DNA of 64,000 bases. Source: Eledone cirrhosa (taxonomy: Eukaryota). The translations under genes and the position numbers were made by a program. The stretch covers positions 367,970,001 to 368,034,000 of the forward strand of contig OZ024743.1 in NCBI GenBank assembly GCA_964016885.1. The letters run 5' to 3'. Position 1 is the stretch's first letter. Every line of letters begins with the position of its first letter. The notes beneath the pieces were generated by a model that was not told the DNA's origin, made no database searches, and worked only from the letters and a program-made list of their open reading frames with translations. Of the stretch, positions 10,845-22,929 are shown one piece after another.

Positions 10845-12781
10845 TCATCATCATCATCATCATCATCACCGTTTTACGTCCGTTCTTCCACGCTAGCATG
10901 GGTTAGACGGGTTGTCCTGTTGTGGGCAGTGTCTGGTCGGCTGACCATGCCTTGCTCATACAGGAACTGATCTGGCTTGATTTCTACAGCTGGATGCCCT
11001 TCCTAACACCAACCTCATTTACAGTGAGTGCTGGGTGCTTTTTCGTGGCGCCTACACGTCCACTTTACAGTGTGGGCTGGGTGCTTTTTTGCCGTGGCAC
11101 CTCCACGACCACCTTGCGGTGGGGGGGGGGGGGGGCATATTGTTTATATGCTTCAGCATGTACCCATGGGAGGTCGGGTACCCTGTATTACTGCGTGACG
11201 CCAGAAGTCACGGTCGTGTGTCATTGACTTTGAGAGGTGTAGTTGGGTAAGGTCGGCTTTTATCACCTCATCCCAAGTCATCTTGGGTCTCCCCACTCCG
11301 CGGTTTCCATCAACTTCTAGTGCTCTGCACCTTTTTATGCAGCTGTCATCCTTCATACGCATCACATGTCCATACCAGCGTAACCGCCTCTCCTGCACGC
11401 AGCATTTGATTCCTCTTATGCTCAGTCTCTCTCTCAATTCATTTATGCTTTGTCGTTCACGTATATTACTGTTACACATCCATCGGAGCATGCAGGCTTC
11501 GTTTCTCTCTAATCTACGTAAGTCTTCCACCTTCAGCGCCCAGGTCTCACTACCATGCAACATCGCTGTTCGGATACACGCATCATACAGTCTGCCTTTC
11601 ATTCTGAGGGAGAAGCCTTTTGCAGCTAGCAGTGGTAGTAGTTCCCTAAACTTCTTCCATCCCGTTCTTACCCTAGTTATTGTACTTTCTGAGCACCCAC
11701 CTCCGTTGCTAATTCGGTCACCTAGGTAGCAGAAGCTGTCTACTGTTTCTACAGGGCCCTCCCAGAGATTGGTGGTACTTGTTTCCTGTGGCTGTTTGCT
11801 TGCTGTTTCAGCACAGCTGCTGCATGTGAATCCTACATTCTTAATTAAGCTTCCTGAGATCCCGCTACATCTCTTGTGTACCCATTGTTTGCATTTGGGG
11901 CAAAGAATGGAGTTCCTACCTACACCTTTCCTACATACTGAGCAAGGCCATTTCCCTGAGGGGATCTGGGTTCTGTTTTCTCGTCTACTTATAAGGACCT
12001 TAGTCTTTGTCATGTTGACTTTGAGGCCCTTTCTCTCTAGTCCCTGCTTCCAGGTTTGGAATTTATTCTCTAGTTCTACCATAGATTCAGCTATGAGTGC
12101 GAGGTCATCAGCATACAGGAGTTCCCATGGGCATCCGGTCTTAAACTCCTCCGTTATTGCCTGCAGGACTATGATGAACAGGAGAGGGCTAAGAACAGAG
12201 CCCTGGTGGACCCCAACCTGTACGCTAAATTCCTCGCTATACTCATTGCCAATCCTAACTTTGCTGACTGCTCCCCTATACATGGCTTGTACCGCTTTCA
12301 CAAGCCATTCATCTACTCCTAGTTTTCTAAGAGCCCACCAGATTACTGCACGTGGAACTCTGTCAAAGGCTTTCTCAAGGTCGACAAATGCCAAGTAGAG
12401 TGGCTTACTTTTAGCTAGGTACTTTTCCTGTAATTGCCTCACAAGGAAGAGCGCATCAGTGGTGCCTTTCCCTGGTACAAACCCAAATTGCATCTCGTCT
12501 ATATTCACCCGGTCCCTAATCAGCTGTGCTATAACTCTTTCTGTTACTTTCATGACCTGGTCCATCAACTTTATACCTCTATAGTTTCCTCTATCTAGTG
12601 CATCCCCTTTACCTTTGTAGCAGTTGACAATGATGCTACTGCACCAATCTTTTGGTATGGCCCCCTCTAGTATTACCTGGTTAACGATACGTGTGGTTAT
12701 AGTGTGACCTACAGACCCAGATGCCTTCAGCATCTCGGCAGCTATACCCGATGGACCGGTTGCCTTCCCTATCTTCATATC
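10845..12781 (-). mobile_element. RTE LINE family 1, young 5'-truncated copy with complete 3' UTR and (GAT)n tail
   Basis: Uninterrupted RT ORF, 3' UTR, tail (atc)n at 10845-10868; 5' end joins (TA)n. Confidence 0.95.
11153..12778 (-). CDS. RTE-clade reverse transcriptase (5'-truncated ORF, 541 aa) with internal PHD-like Cys4-His-Cys3 finger
   Basis: [41 protein letters not shown], then CSVC...[12 protein letters not shown]...[30 protein letters not shown]. Confidence 0.93.
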   Translation of the reverse strand: MKIGKATGPSGIAAEMLKASGSVGHTITTRIVNQVILEGAIPKDWCSSIIVNCYKGKGDALDRGNYRGIKLMDQVMKVTERVIAQLIRDRVNIDEMQFGFVPGKGTTDALFLVRQLQEKYLAKSKPLYLAFVDLEKAFDRVPRAVIWWALRKLGVDEWLVKAVQAMYRGAVSKVRIGNEYSEEFSVQVGVHQGSVLSPLLFIIVLQAITEEFKTGCPWELLYADDLALIAESMVELENKFQTWKQGLERKGLKVNMTKTKVLISRRENRTQIPSGKWPCSVCRKGVGRNSILCPKCKQWVHKRCSGISGSLIKNVGFTCSSCAETASKQPQETSTTNLWEGPVETVDSFCYLGDRISNGGGCSESTITRVRTGWKKFRELLPLLAAKGFSLRMKGRLYDACIRTAMLHGSETWALKVEDLRRLERNEACMLRWMCNSNIRERQSINELRERLSIRGIKCCVQERRLRWYGHVMRMKDDSCIKRCRALEVDGNRGVGRPKMTWDEVIKADLTQLHLSKSMTHDRDFWRHAVIQGTRPPMGTC

Positions 12782-12782
12782 T

Positions 12783-12784
<2 letters not shown>

Positions 12785-12871
<87 letters not shown>

Positions 12872-13055
12872 ATACACACATACATGTATGTGTGTATGTG
12901 TGTATGTGTGTATATGTATATATATATATATATATACACACACACATACACACATTCATACAAGTACATACATACACACACACACACATATATATATATA
13001 TACATGCACATATATACACACTTACACATACCTACAAATATATACACCTACATAT
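12785..13055. repeat. Compound (TA)n/(TG)n/(CA)n microsatellite
   Basis: Read directly from the sequence. Confidence 0.95.
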
Positions 13056-13249
13056 GCTGATATTGATAGTGATAGTTTTAGAATTAATAACAAAAATAAT
13101 GGTGATAATAGTACGTGATAATAATGGAAATAATAATAATAATAGTTCTGATTTTGAAGTTGTTTGTGGAGAATGTTGATAGTTGTTGCACAAAGTGCAT
13201 GTTCTGGTGACTATTTCAGGGTCTGTCCATGGATTTTGTCTGAATGATA

Positions 13250-13895
13250 GGGCGGAAAAACTGTGTTTTTTTTAGATGTCCACAATTATCTCCAATTTTA
13301 AGTTAATTTCTGTTTCAGCAAGGCACAAGCTGCAGTGGCTCTTTCTAATCAAGTACTGTTTCTGTATGGACCACCTAATCTGGTACTTTACATTTTTATC
13401 CTTGATGTCCCAGATCAGGTCAGCCAGTCATGTGTAGGAGTGCATGGATTTGTTGTTGAAGGAGCTTCTATGATTGAATAACTGCTCCTTGTTGTTGAGG
13501 TGGTGCTGATGTATGTGTATTTTTTCTCGTTAGTCAGAACATCACACTGGTACGTGATGTTCTTATTGAGGTACTCATTTCCCAATGGGCTGTCCTCTTG
13601 TTTTTGGCCATTGCATCTATCAATCATTGTGGCAATGACATGTTGTTGGTGCTGGCCTTTCTTTATGTGGTTGGTGTTGGTTTGTTGGTGTTCGATGTAG
13701 TTGTAGTTTGTGGGGTGTTATTTTGTGTTGTGTTATTATTTGATTGAGGTGCTTGGTTATGTTAGGTTGGATGCAGTGGAAAAAGAGAATTTTACTGTAT
13801 GTCTGTTAAAAAGTTTGTGGTATCTGTGTGTAGGTGGAAAGGATTTGTCAAGGGCCCTGAAGAAGGTTCTGGGAACATTGGTAGTGATTTGTATC
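13250..13895 (-). pseudogene. Degraded Naiad-type Penelope-like element (GIY-YIG region)
   Basis: Minus strand gives RHTVKFSFST, NITYQCDV...YTYIST and CSLCLAE, collinear with the copy at 15500-16100. Confidence 0.75.
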
Positions 13896-14294
13896 AAGTA
13901 TTGTTTATATTACACTCTGCTTAGTACAACTCCCTAAGTACATATGGGAAACTAGGCAGTGAGTGCCCAATTTGGTGAAGCAACTTGATGTTACAATCCA
14001 TGAATTATAAATATCATCATCGTCATTTAATGTCCATTTTCCACACTAGCATGCATTAGAATATATATACAAATGTATGTAAACACAAACAAATATATAT
14101 ATATATATTGAGAGGATTTTTAGAGGTACGGGGTTTCATTTTTGTAGAGTCTGCTTGCCACGTTTTTCCATCTATAGGGACATTTTACACGATTTTCTAA
14201 ATTATTACTTATAGCAATCAACTGTAGTTACAGTTATTTTCTGCATTTGAGATTTCTACATTTTCTAAGAATATATATATATACATATAATGTG

Positions 14295-14590
14295 AAGGTC
14301 CATGACTTAGTGGTTAGAGCATCGGACTTACAATCAGGAGATTGTGAATTTGATTCTCGGACCGGACATTGATTTGTGTTCTCGAGGAAGACACTTTATT
14401 TCATGTTGCTTCAGTTCACTCAGCTGTATAAAAGAGTTGCAACGTCACTGGTGCCAAGCTGTATTGGCCTTTGCCTTTCCCCTGGACAACATTGTTGGCG
14501 TGAAGAGGAGAAGCTGGTATGTATGGACGACTACTTCCACAAACAACCTAGCCCTGACTTGTGCCTCAGAGGGGAACTTTCTAGGTGAAA
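14295..14590 (+). mobile_element. tRNA-derived SINE (family 2) with CORE-like central block
   Basis: A-box-like tgacttagtggttagagc, degenerate B-box, then tgtgttctcgaggaagacacttt...cactcagctgt; ends in (TA)n. Confidence 0.7.
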
Positions 14591-14592
14591 AT

Positions 14593-14640
<48 letters not shown>

Positions 14641-15617
14641 GAAGTGGTAAAAACCAGTTAGACAATTACTCACCAGAGTACTTGATACTTGGGGTAGTAG
14701 AGTGGGTAATATGAACAAATTCAGGACTCCGACGGCTGAGCTCTGTCTGCATCAACAGCTAGATCAGAACTAGCTTGGATCTAGCTGTTGAAATGGCTGG
14801 AGCTCAGCCATCGGGGTCCTGAATTTTTTCATGTATATATAGACAGGGAAATCATCGCTCACTGCCGGAAAACCCTCCTATTCAACAACGGAGTAGTCTG
14901 GGCAAAGAAGTCAACCACTTCAGAACTATTCGACGTCTCCATGGGATCGTTTGACAGTACTGACGTATGCGACTTGGTTGGCCTATTTGTTTTAGACATA
15001 TTACGTGTTAGATTCCCGGATTTCCACACGGGAATATACCGCGACAATGGCTGACCTTATCGAGCCATAAAAGTAGTCACGATCTCGACCGGTTTAAAAA
15101 AGACTTAACTTCTACCTTTAATGAGTTATGACTTAGGATAACAGTAGCTAGCAACCTCTCTAGCGTAGATTTCTTAGACATTAATTTAGACCTTCGCACA
15201 CACACCTTACAGACCCTGCCATAAGCTTAATGAAAAACTCAATTACATTCACAAGGACTCATGCCCCCCTCCAACTGTTTTTAGAAACTTCGTAAATAAT
15301 ATCAGTACAAGAATCTCTAACCTCTCCTCTAATAAGGCTATCTTTGACAGAGCGGCACCCTACTATAACACGGTACTAGCTAACAGCGGCTTCTCACAAC
15401 CTATCACTTACTCTCCCACTTACAACAACAGCAATAAGAAAAGAAAGTGTAACAATAGAAAAACTATATGGTTCTCTCCTCCCTTCTCACTCAACGTTAA
15501 AACTAATGTAGGAAACATTTTTTAGCCCTTTTAGATAGATACTTTCCCATAGGTCACAAATACCGCTTCATCTTTAACAGACACAGAGTTAAACTAGGGT
15601 ACTCCTGCGCTAAGAAC

Positions 15618-16103
15618 ATGAAGGCCCACATCACCAACAGCCCTAAGAGCAACACCCCACCAGGGTGCTCTTGCCGAGAGCCTGAAGCTTGTCCCCTTCA
15701 ACAGCAATGCAACACACCCGCTGTAGTTTATGAAGCTGTGGTCACTTCCAACCAACCAAATAAACTACAGGAGGTTAAATCCTATGTGTGTATGGCGGAG
15801 AGCCGATTTAAGGAACGCTTCCTGAACCATCAGTCGACCTTTAGGTACCCGGACAAACGATCATCCACGAAACTCGCGAGCCACGTATGGTCCCTTAAGG
15901 ACTCAAGTATAGACTCCATTCAATGGAAAGCCATTACTAAGTCCAAGCCATACGCAAGGAGCAATCCGTCTTGTGGACTATGTATTGATGAACGGATAAA
16001 TATTCTACGCAATAGCGATTGCCTAAACTCAAGAAATGAAATCTTCACACGTTGTCCACATGTCTGGAAATACCTCTTATATAACTACAAAGCTCCGGAT
16101 TGA
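15618..16103 (+). CDS. GIY-YIG endonuclease domain of the Penelope-like element (C-terminal part of a broken ORF)
   Basis: CSCR...CPLQQQC...VVYEAVV...YVCMAESRFKERFLNH...LASHVWSLK...CGLCIDE...LNSRNEIFTRCPH. Confidence 0.85.
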   Translation: MKAHITNSPKSNTPPGCSCREPEACPLQQQCNTPAVVYEAVVTSNQPNKLQEVKSYVCMAESRFKERFLNHQSTFRYPDKRSSTKLASHVWSLKDSSIDSIQWKAITKSKPYARSNPSCGLCIDERINILRNSDCLNSRNEIFTRCPHVWKYLLYNYKAPD

Positions 16104-16262
16104 ATAACAACAATATCCTAATTTTCTTATCAACTAGATTTTCGGACTTTCGCAGTTATCTCCCTTACACCTTTCGCCCGTAGTTTAGTATTGCCTGGGT
16201 GAAGTGACCGTGTCTGTGCATGCGTGTTCATACGGTTGTCCTTACTATTCCGTATAACCATG

Positions 16263-16314
16263 ACCATTACAAGCTGAAGATCCGCTAAGGTGAAACAATT
16301 GTTCTTGCTATGGT
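16263..16314 (+). ncRNA. Minimal type I hammerhead ribozyme
   Basis: Stem I accat-ta-caag / cttg-ct-atggt; core CTGAAGA; stem II tcc-gctaa-ggt; GAAA; palindromic stem III (acaattgt); cleavage triplet GUU. Lies in the 3' UTR/pLTR of a Penelope-like element, where such motifs are established. Confidence 0.85.
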
Positions 16315-16344
16315 GAACTAACTGTTGTATTACCACTTCTATAA

Positions 16345-16796
16345 ATATATATTGAAATTTCGTATTTCTAAAGAAATACAGTACGTTAATGGATAAACAT
16401 TTAGAAAGCCATAGCTATGCAAAACACTGGGGCTATCCACCTCTAGTGGTGTCCAGCAGAAGTAAGGGAAACAATCGTCAATGCATTTCAAACTTAACTT
16501 GTTCTCATCAGGACGATCCCTCCTACTCTTGGGACTGCTGGACTTAAAAACAGGCGAGAATATATGGTTTTCTCGTCTATGTAAATGAGGTGATTAATCT
16601 CATTTGCATATGAAGTTGCATAAGTTGGCCTATAATAGAATAGAATTAGGAATTAACTTCATGCATAGCAGATATGTATTGCAATTTCGTCCCTTTTGCT
16701 TCTGCCGGGCACCACCAGAGGGCCATAGCCCCAGTGTTTTGCATAGCTACGGCTTTCTGAATGTTTATCCATAAACATAAAAATTTCAATACATAT
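16345..16796. mobile_element. Foldback/MITE-like element with ~130-bp inverted arms
   Basis: atggataaacatttagaaagccatagctatgcaaaacactggggctat is mirrored by atagccccagtgttttgcatagctacggctttctgaatgtttatccat. Confidence 0.8.
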
Positions 16797-17195
16797 CTGT
16801 ATACAACTATGCATCAAGCTAATTCCTAATTCCTAATTATACATATATATATATTCAGGTGAATGTTTGAAGAAATATCTTTCCCTGTATTATTTACTGG
16901 ACAATGCTGACTTAAGATCCTATGCAGATTCCGAGTTGGGATCCAACTGATCATTGGAATATGCACATGCTAGTGTGATAAAGCTGGCACTGGTTTGGGT
17001 AATATCAAGATTTTTTGATATTTTTGTCAATTGATTCGATTATTGGTTGATATTAGTTATTAATTTCACTGGGAAATCTAACAAATGTGTACTAATGTAC
17101 TCTGCTCCTGAATTCATTTCAGTTAGTATTGAGTAGGGTTGTCTGTGGCACAGTGTTACAATGGTAGTGTGATTTTGTAAATTTATCAGTATATA

Positions 17196-17585
17196 TAGCA
17201 CCCAGTCCATCCTATAAGGTGGTTATGTTGGTGACTCAACAAAGAGCACCCAGTTCACATGGTAACGTGGTCATGCTGGTGACATGGCAAAACATGCTCA
17301 GTCCACCCTGTAAGGTGGTCACGTTGGTGACATCATAAAAAGCACCTAGTTCACTCTGTAAGGTGGTTGTTTCTGTGTCACAATAAAAAGCACCCAGTCC
17401 GCACTGTAATGTGGTTGGTGTTGGGAAGGGCATCCAGCTGTTGAAACAAAGCCAAAATACACATCTGTATGACCATGACATGGTCTACAGGCATGACTTG
17501 TGTCACGATGGGCCAACCAGTCTAACCCATGCAAGTCTAGAAAATGGATGTTGAATGATAATGATGAGGATGGTGATGATGATGA
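17196..17585 (+). mobile_element. RTE family 1 3' UTR fragment with ~42-bp tandem repeats and (GAT)n tail
   Basis: About 5 units of agcacccagtcca...gtaaggtgg, then gggaagggcatccagctg and the tail. Confidence 0.8.
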
Positions 17586-18282
17586 TCATCATCATCATTT
17601 AACGTCCATGTTCCACGCTTGCATGGGTTTGGACGGGAGTTTTCCCACTTGAGGCAAGAGTGATTGTCTTGCTCGCATAGGACTGTCTGGCGGGTTTTCT
17701 ACAGCTGGATGCCCTTCCTAACACCAACCACATTTACAGTGTGGGTCTGGGAGGTTTTTACCGTGTTGCCTACACGGCCACATTACAGCGTGGACTGTGT
17801 GTTTGTTTGTCGTGACACCTACACGATCTCATTTGTTTTGGCCTGGATGTTGTGGCACCAACATAACTTTACATTGAAAGGGGCGGTGTGGATGGGGTGG
17901 GGGTGGGGGTGGGGGGGGGTGTATTTTGTTAGAGATGCCTACTGACTGTAGTAGGTTTTACTTTGTATTTAGGTAAGGCGGGTCTTCTCTATTACTGAGT
18001 ACCACCAAAGGTCTCGGTCCAGTGACATTGTCTTGGAGAGGTGTAAGTGTGTGAGGTCGGAGTTTATCAGCTCGTCCCAGGTTTTTCTGGGTCTGCCTAC
18101 TCCGTGGCTACCGTCTATCTTTATTGCCCTGCACTTTGTTATACAGCTATCGACTTTCATGCGCATCACGTGACCATACCAACGTAGCCTTCTTTCGAGT
18201 AAACAACATCTGATCCCTCTTATTTCTAATTTTTCCCTTAGTTCGTTTATGCTTTGCCGTTCACGTATATTACTATTACATG
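17586..18282 (-). mobile_element. RTE family 1 (subfamily B) 5'-truncated copy
   Basis: [16 protein letters not shown]...[11 protein letters not shown]...GRPRKTW, then 3' UTR and tail; 5' end joins (TA)n. Confidence 0.9.
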
Positions 18283-21200
18283 ATGATATATATATATATA
18301 TAAAAAGAGAGATGAATATATAATGAGCATGCTGCTCTATGATCATTCAATGAGCACTTGCACACTGCCAATGTCATAGGAAACCACATATCTAGCATTT
18401 TGCAGAGAACAATATAATTATGCTTAAAAAGCAGAGACAGAATAAGTATAATACTTACATAGCCACTAAGTTTTTATAAGGTCTATATGGCACCATTTCA
18501 TGCTAGCAATAATCATCAATATTCCCCATTGATTATATTATGTTGATGAACATATATATCATCATCATCATCATCATTTTACGTCTGCTTTTCCCTGCTT
18601 GCAAGGGTTGGACGGGTCCTATTCAGCACAGCATCTCTCACCACCCATGTCAATATGCATATCACCCTCCATGTCTCTTTCTATCCTATACATTCCCCCA
18701 AAAGAAACATGATTCACTTGGGACAAGTCATCTTCCCACCCCACCATAGAGTAAAGAGAGATTTTCAGTCAAGTTAATGGGGACAAATCTCCACAGGAAG
18801 AGCACATAGCCATAGAAAACTTATCAAACAAAGGCTTAAAAGAACTTTTCAGTTATGTCAAAAACATGACAACACCCCTAGAGCTGGTGCCACAATAATA
18901 TGCATGCAGTACACTCTGTAGAGTACAGGAATGTATGTAAGCAAGATGTACACTCCAGCCTGTTTGTGAGGTTAGTAGCTTTGGTTTAAATACTGACGGT
19001 CTATGATGACCTATTCAACATTTGGTAGCAGGGAACATGGACAGTAAATGATGATAATGATGATGATGAAGATATAGGTATATATATATATATATATATA
19101 TAAGTATTGGAGTGAATCATTAGCTATACATGTGTATGTGCATGTGTGAATGTTTGTTTATACATGAATGGGCATGTATATATGTATCATCATTTTGCAT
19201 CCACTTTTCCATACTAGCAAAGGTTGGACAGGTCATTTCAGACTATGTCAGAACTTAATTGGAGCTACTGATCTCTCATATGACCTCTCACTTACATATG
19301 TTCCCACTCACTCTCTCTCTACAAACTCACAGTGTTCTGAATATATTTTTATGGCACAATCACTAGGGAGGTTATCATGTCTCTGATACAACTGATGAGT
19401 CCTCTTGACTACATTTTCTATGATTGGATGCCCTTCCTAACAGCAACCACATTATAGTATAGTAGGCAAGTTATTGCGGTACCAGCACTAAGGAGGTTGC
19501 TGGTCATTATTTTGACTGAAAGGCCTTATTTTTCTTATAGAGCAAGGCTACCGTCATGGTGAGTGGCAGGTGTGGTGAGGTTCAGGTAGTGTTGGGGTTG
19601 GAATGTATGACATGTTCAACAGGAGGAGAGGAGGGAAAAGAAGGCAGGTTTCGATCTGCTTAAAGGGAGGATGTAAGGAGTTAGCTATAACTGGTGTGAC
19701 TGGTTTGTTAGGTTTTAAAAAACATGAGAATTTATTCTGCATAAAGTGGAGATGGAGTGTACATTGATGGTTAGAATAGTTACTTAAGAGCTATGGCGGA
19801 GGGGGGTGGATGGGTCAGGTTATATTTTTATATTGGTAGCACAAAAGTACTGCTTGCAATCAATCCTCACAGTCCTTTGTCATTTTTGTTGTGAGATTCA
19901 GCTTCCTAACATGAGTCTTGACCATTTCATCTTATGTTTTCCTAAATCTAGCTCTTCAATGAATATATGAACCCAGCATCTTAAATACAATGTTAATGCT
20001 TCATCACTGTATACCTTATTCTAATGCTATAACCCTATGAAAGTAGTACCTACTCTCTTTCATTAAAATAGTCTTCTACAATACTTTATATAACACAGCT
20101 TTCCTTATTTCGTTGTTGAATAGGAAAGCTATAAGAAAAAAAAAATTCAATGAAATATACCAATCATTATTCAGATCAGCTTTCTTATTTGTTTTACTTT
20201 TTCTTTATTCATATTCTTTTTAAAACAATGTTTGATATGGTCTTCTAAGATAACCTGTCTGAAGCAGACATATGTATGTAAGTGACAGAGTCTATGCTAG
20301 CATGTTAACCACAAATCTGTTCAATCTCTAGCTACAGGTTATGGATGCTGAATTACATTATAACAATAACGGAGTCTTATAGAGAAAACATCTGCAATGC
20401 TTACACAGTTAGTTTTTTTCATGTCATTTATTAAAGTGACATTAACAAATTACACCTGTAATTTTTCTCTAATTCTAGTTAACCCATACAAAAATGATTT
20501 GTTTTTTTTTTACCGTAAAATGAAATGTCCAAACCAACATGAATAAGTCATTCACTAGATGCTTAGATCCTTCCAAAATTTGAATTTGCAGGATTTTAGG
20601 CATGGTAGAATTCTCTTGTTTCACAATAAAATCTGTGTTTGTCTTGTAATACAACAGTTATTTTCAGTCTGCCATGAAATATTTATCTCTGAATGTCCTG
20701 TAATACTTTAGCAGAAAATATCTAAAAGCAAATTTGTTAATTCCAATGTTTATATCATCTTTACTACTGGTCAGGTCATTGTAAAAATCTACTGTAAACT
20801 AAGTGAAGATTTTAATTTTAATGCAATGAAGTCAGTGTTGTTTTGTATTTTTCAAGAATGTCATACTAATACGGTTTCATATGACGTTAAGAGCTAAAAA
20901 TACATCATGTGTTGGTATTTTTAGTTTTAATTTTATCTAATTTCATTCAGTGGACATGAGTGAAACAATAAGTATGAAGTTTAATGCATTTCAATGTTAG
21001 TTTCATCTCTCAATTCTAAAATCAACTTTGTCTTTCAACCTTCATACAGGGTTCAAATAGCAAGTACCAGTAATATACTGTGGTTAAATTAACTACATCC
21101 TTCGCTTCAAAACGTTGGCACTTTGCTCAGAGATCATTATGAGATACTTAATGACAAAAATATATAAATGGAAAGATTATGATTCTATGCTTGATAATTA

Positions 21201-22929
21201 GACTCGGCTGTTATAGGATATTTATTAAGGGCTGATGAATAATTTTGTCCACTGGCTTTAGCAGAAATGGTAAATCAATAATTTTCTAAAGACTTTTTAC
21301 AATATATAATCAACTAGTCCTAGCATTTTAAATTATGAGTTACTATTGGGGAGGGGGGGGGTTACAAAAACAAAACATAAATTTTGACCTAAGGTCTAAC
21401 CTTTGGTTCTCTTCTTTACCTTTATTATCTAGAACCAATGCTCCAACGAAATGTTATGACTTCCATTAGCAACATCAATAGTTTCTTTACCCAGTTTATC
21501 AATATCGTGTCTAGTAATTTATAGACATTTAATGCTGATATAAAACAAGTAATATATCAATAAATTCTGAAAATATATGTCAATTTCATTTCTTTATTAC
21601 TGTCATTGAATCAAACTTACTTTGTTTCCCTTTTCTTGCCGAAAAAATTTTTCAACTAATTGATAGAGATACTAGCTTACACTAGATTACCAAATATAGG
21701 CAATATGAGGCTACAAAATGTTTGTTTAAGAATCTCATCTGAGTAATGTCCTTGTCCTTCAAAGTCATGTATGGTAATAGTAGATCAATCACTTATTCAT
21801 TAGCTTATCAATTTTGGATTGAGTTATCATGTAACTAATCCTTGTAAAGAAAAATGAGAAAAATATATAGGCTAGAAGAGAATATTCATTAACGAAGGTT
21901 GACAAGGAATCAGCTTAGCAGAAAATCATCTAAAACTAATGAAACTTAACAAAAAGACCAGGGTAAAGTATAGATTAGTTAATGAATATTTTCTCACTTC
22001 ATAACTAGCAATTTTTATTCAACTATCATTAGATCAATCAATGTCAACTGAATCATAATTAGGGCATAGAGAAATGTGCTAAAAAAGAAAAAAAATATTA
22101 TTAATTGAACTTAATCAACCATATTTTGATTGATTTCTTCATAATCAGTAATTGGTTTCTTCCACATTTGTCTTTGATATAAATGAGATACATTAAACTA
22201 GAATCCTCTGCAATATTTATAATACTGACATTTTAAATACTATGTATTTTCACTCGCCTGAAATGTCTGCGAATTTAGAACAGCTGTTGAAAATGGAACA
22301 TATGAAATCATATCATTATGTGTGTGTGTATAATACTTATAAAAAGGAAGTTTGTTCGTTTGTTAACTGTTAATAATACTAAATAAAATTGGTAATAATT
22401 AAGGTTTTTTTATGTGTTTTCAACTAATTTGACCTCTGACATGCGCGCAACCTACTTTTTCTCCAAAAACAGAAGAGGAAGGGGGAATCCTCGGATTTTC
22501 CCAGCCTTGGAGATTTCTTCAGTGGCTTATTGTTTTGTTTTCTAGGATTTTTTTGTTTGTTTTCGACCAAACTGACATCTGACTCACTTGCCAATGACTC
22601 CTTTTTCTGAAAACAGAAGCAAGGAGGGAGGGGGACCCTTGGAGTTATAGATAAGCACTTCTCAGCCATTTAAATTTATAGAACAGCACTCACTTTTTTC
22701 CCTAGGTTTTTCTGTTTTCAACTTTTTTTCTGAAAACAGAATAGGGACGGAGCAAGGAGGAATCTATAAAGTATGTATGCAAATAAGTCAACAAGGGTTT
22801 TGATGCTACCATCTTTGTGCTACAACAATGAAACCTGTCCAACAAAGCGTTCAACTTCCAACACAGCCAATATATCAGCACTAACAAAGCATTCTGGAGT
22901 ATTTTTGGAATTCCAAATCAGGTCCATTC

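Larger units (their letters stand above)
14835..16340 (+). mobile_element. Penelope-like retroelement, Naiad-type (5'-truncated, frameshifted RT, GIY-YIG, 3' pLTR with hammerhead)
   Basis: RT motifs FDVSMGSFDSTDVCDLVG and GIYRDNG (YRDDG-like), VDFLDI, IWFSPPFS, followed by the GIY-YIG ORF and the ribozyme. Confidence 0.9.

Noticed and set aside
11283-12398. Plus-strand ORFs of 148 and 209 aa
   Set aside because: Antisense shadows of the RTE RT ORF.
12681-13179. YIYIYI / CVCV ORFs (also 3139-3605, 9167-9633, 53055-53456)
   Set aside because: Translations of (TA)n/(TG)n microsatellites.
14295-14375. tRNA gene
   Set aside because: Degenerate boxes, no complete cloverleaf, and it continues into a SINE body; the same holds for the family 1 SINE heads.
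15052-16260. Selenocysteine UGA / SECIS in the Naiad element (known for some Naiads)
   Set aside because: The TGA after YRDNG is better explained by a 1-nt frameshift at a Gly-Leu position, and no convincing AUGA-AA-GA SECIS was seen by eye; a SECISearch run would settle it.
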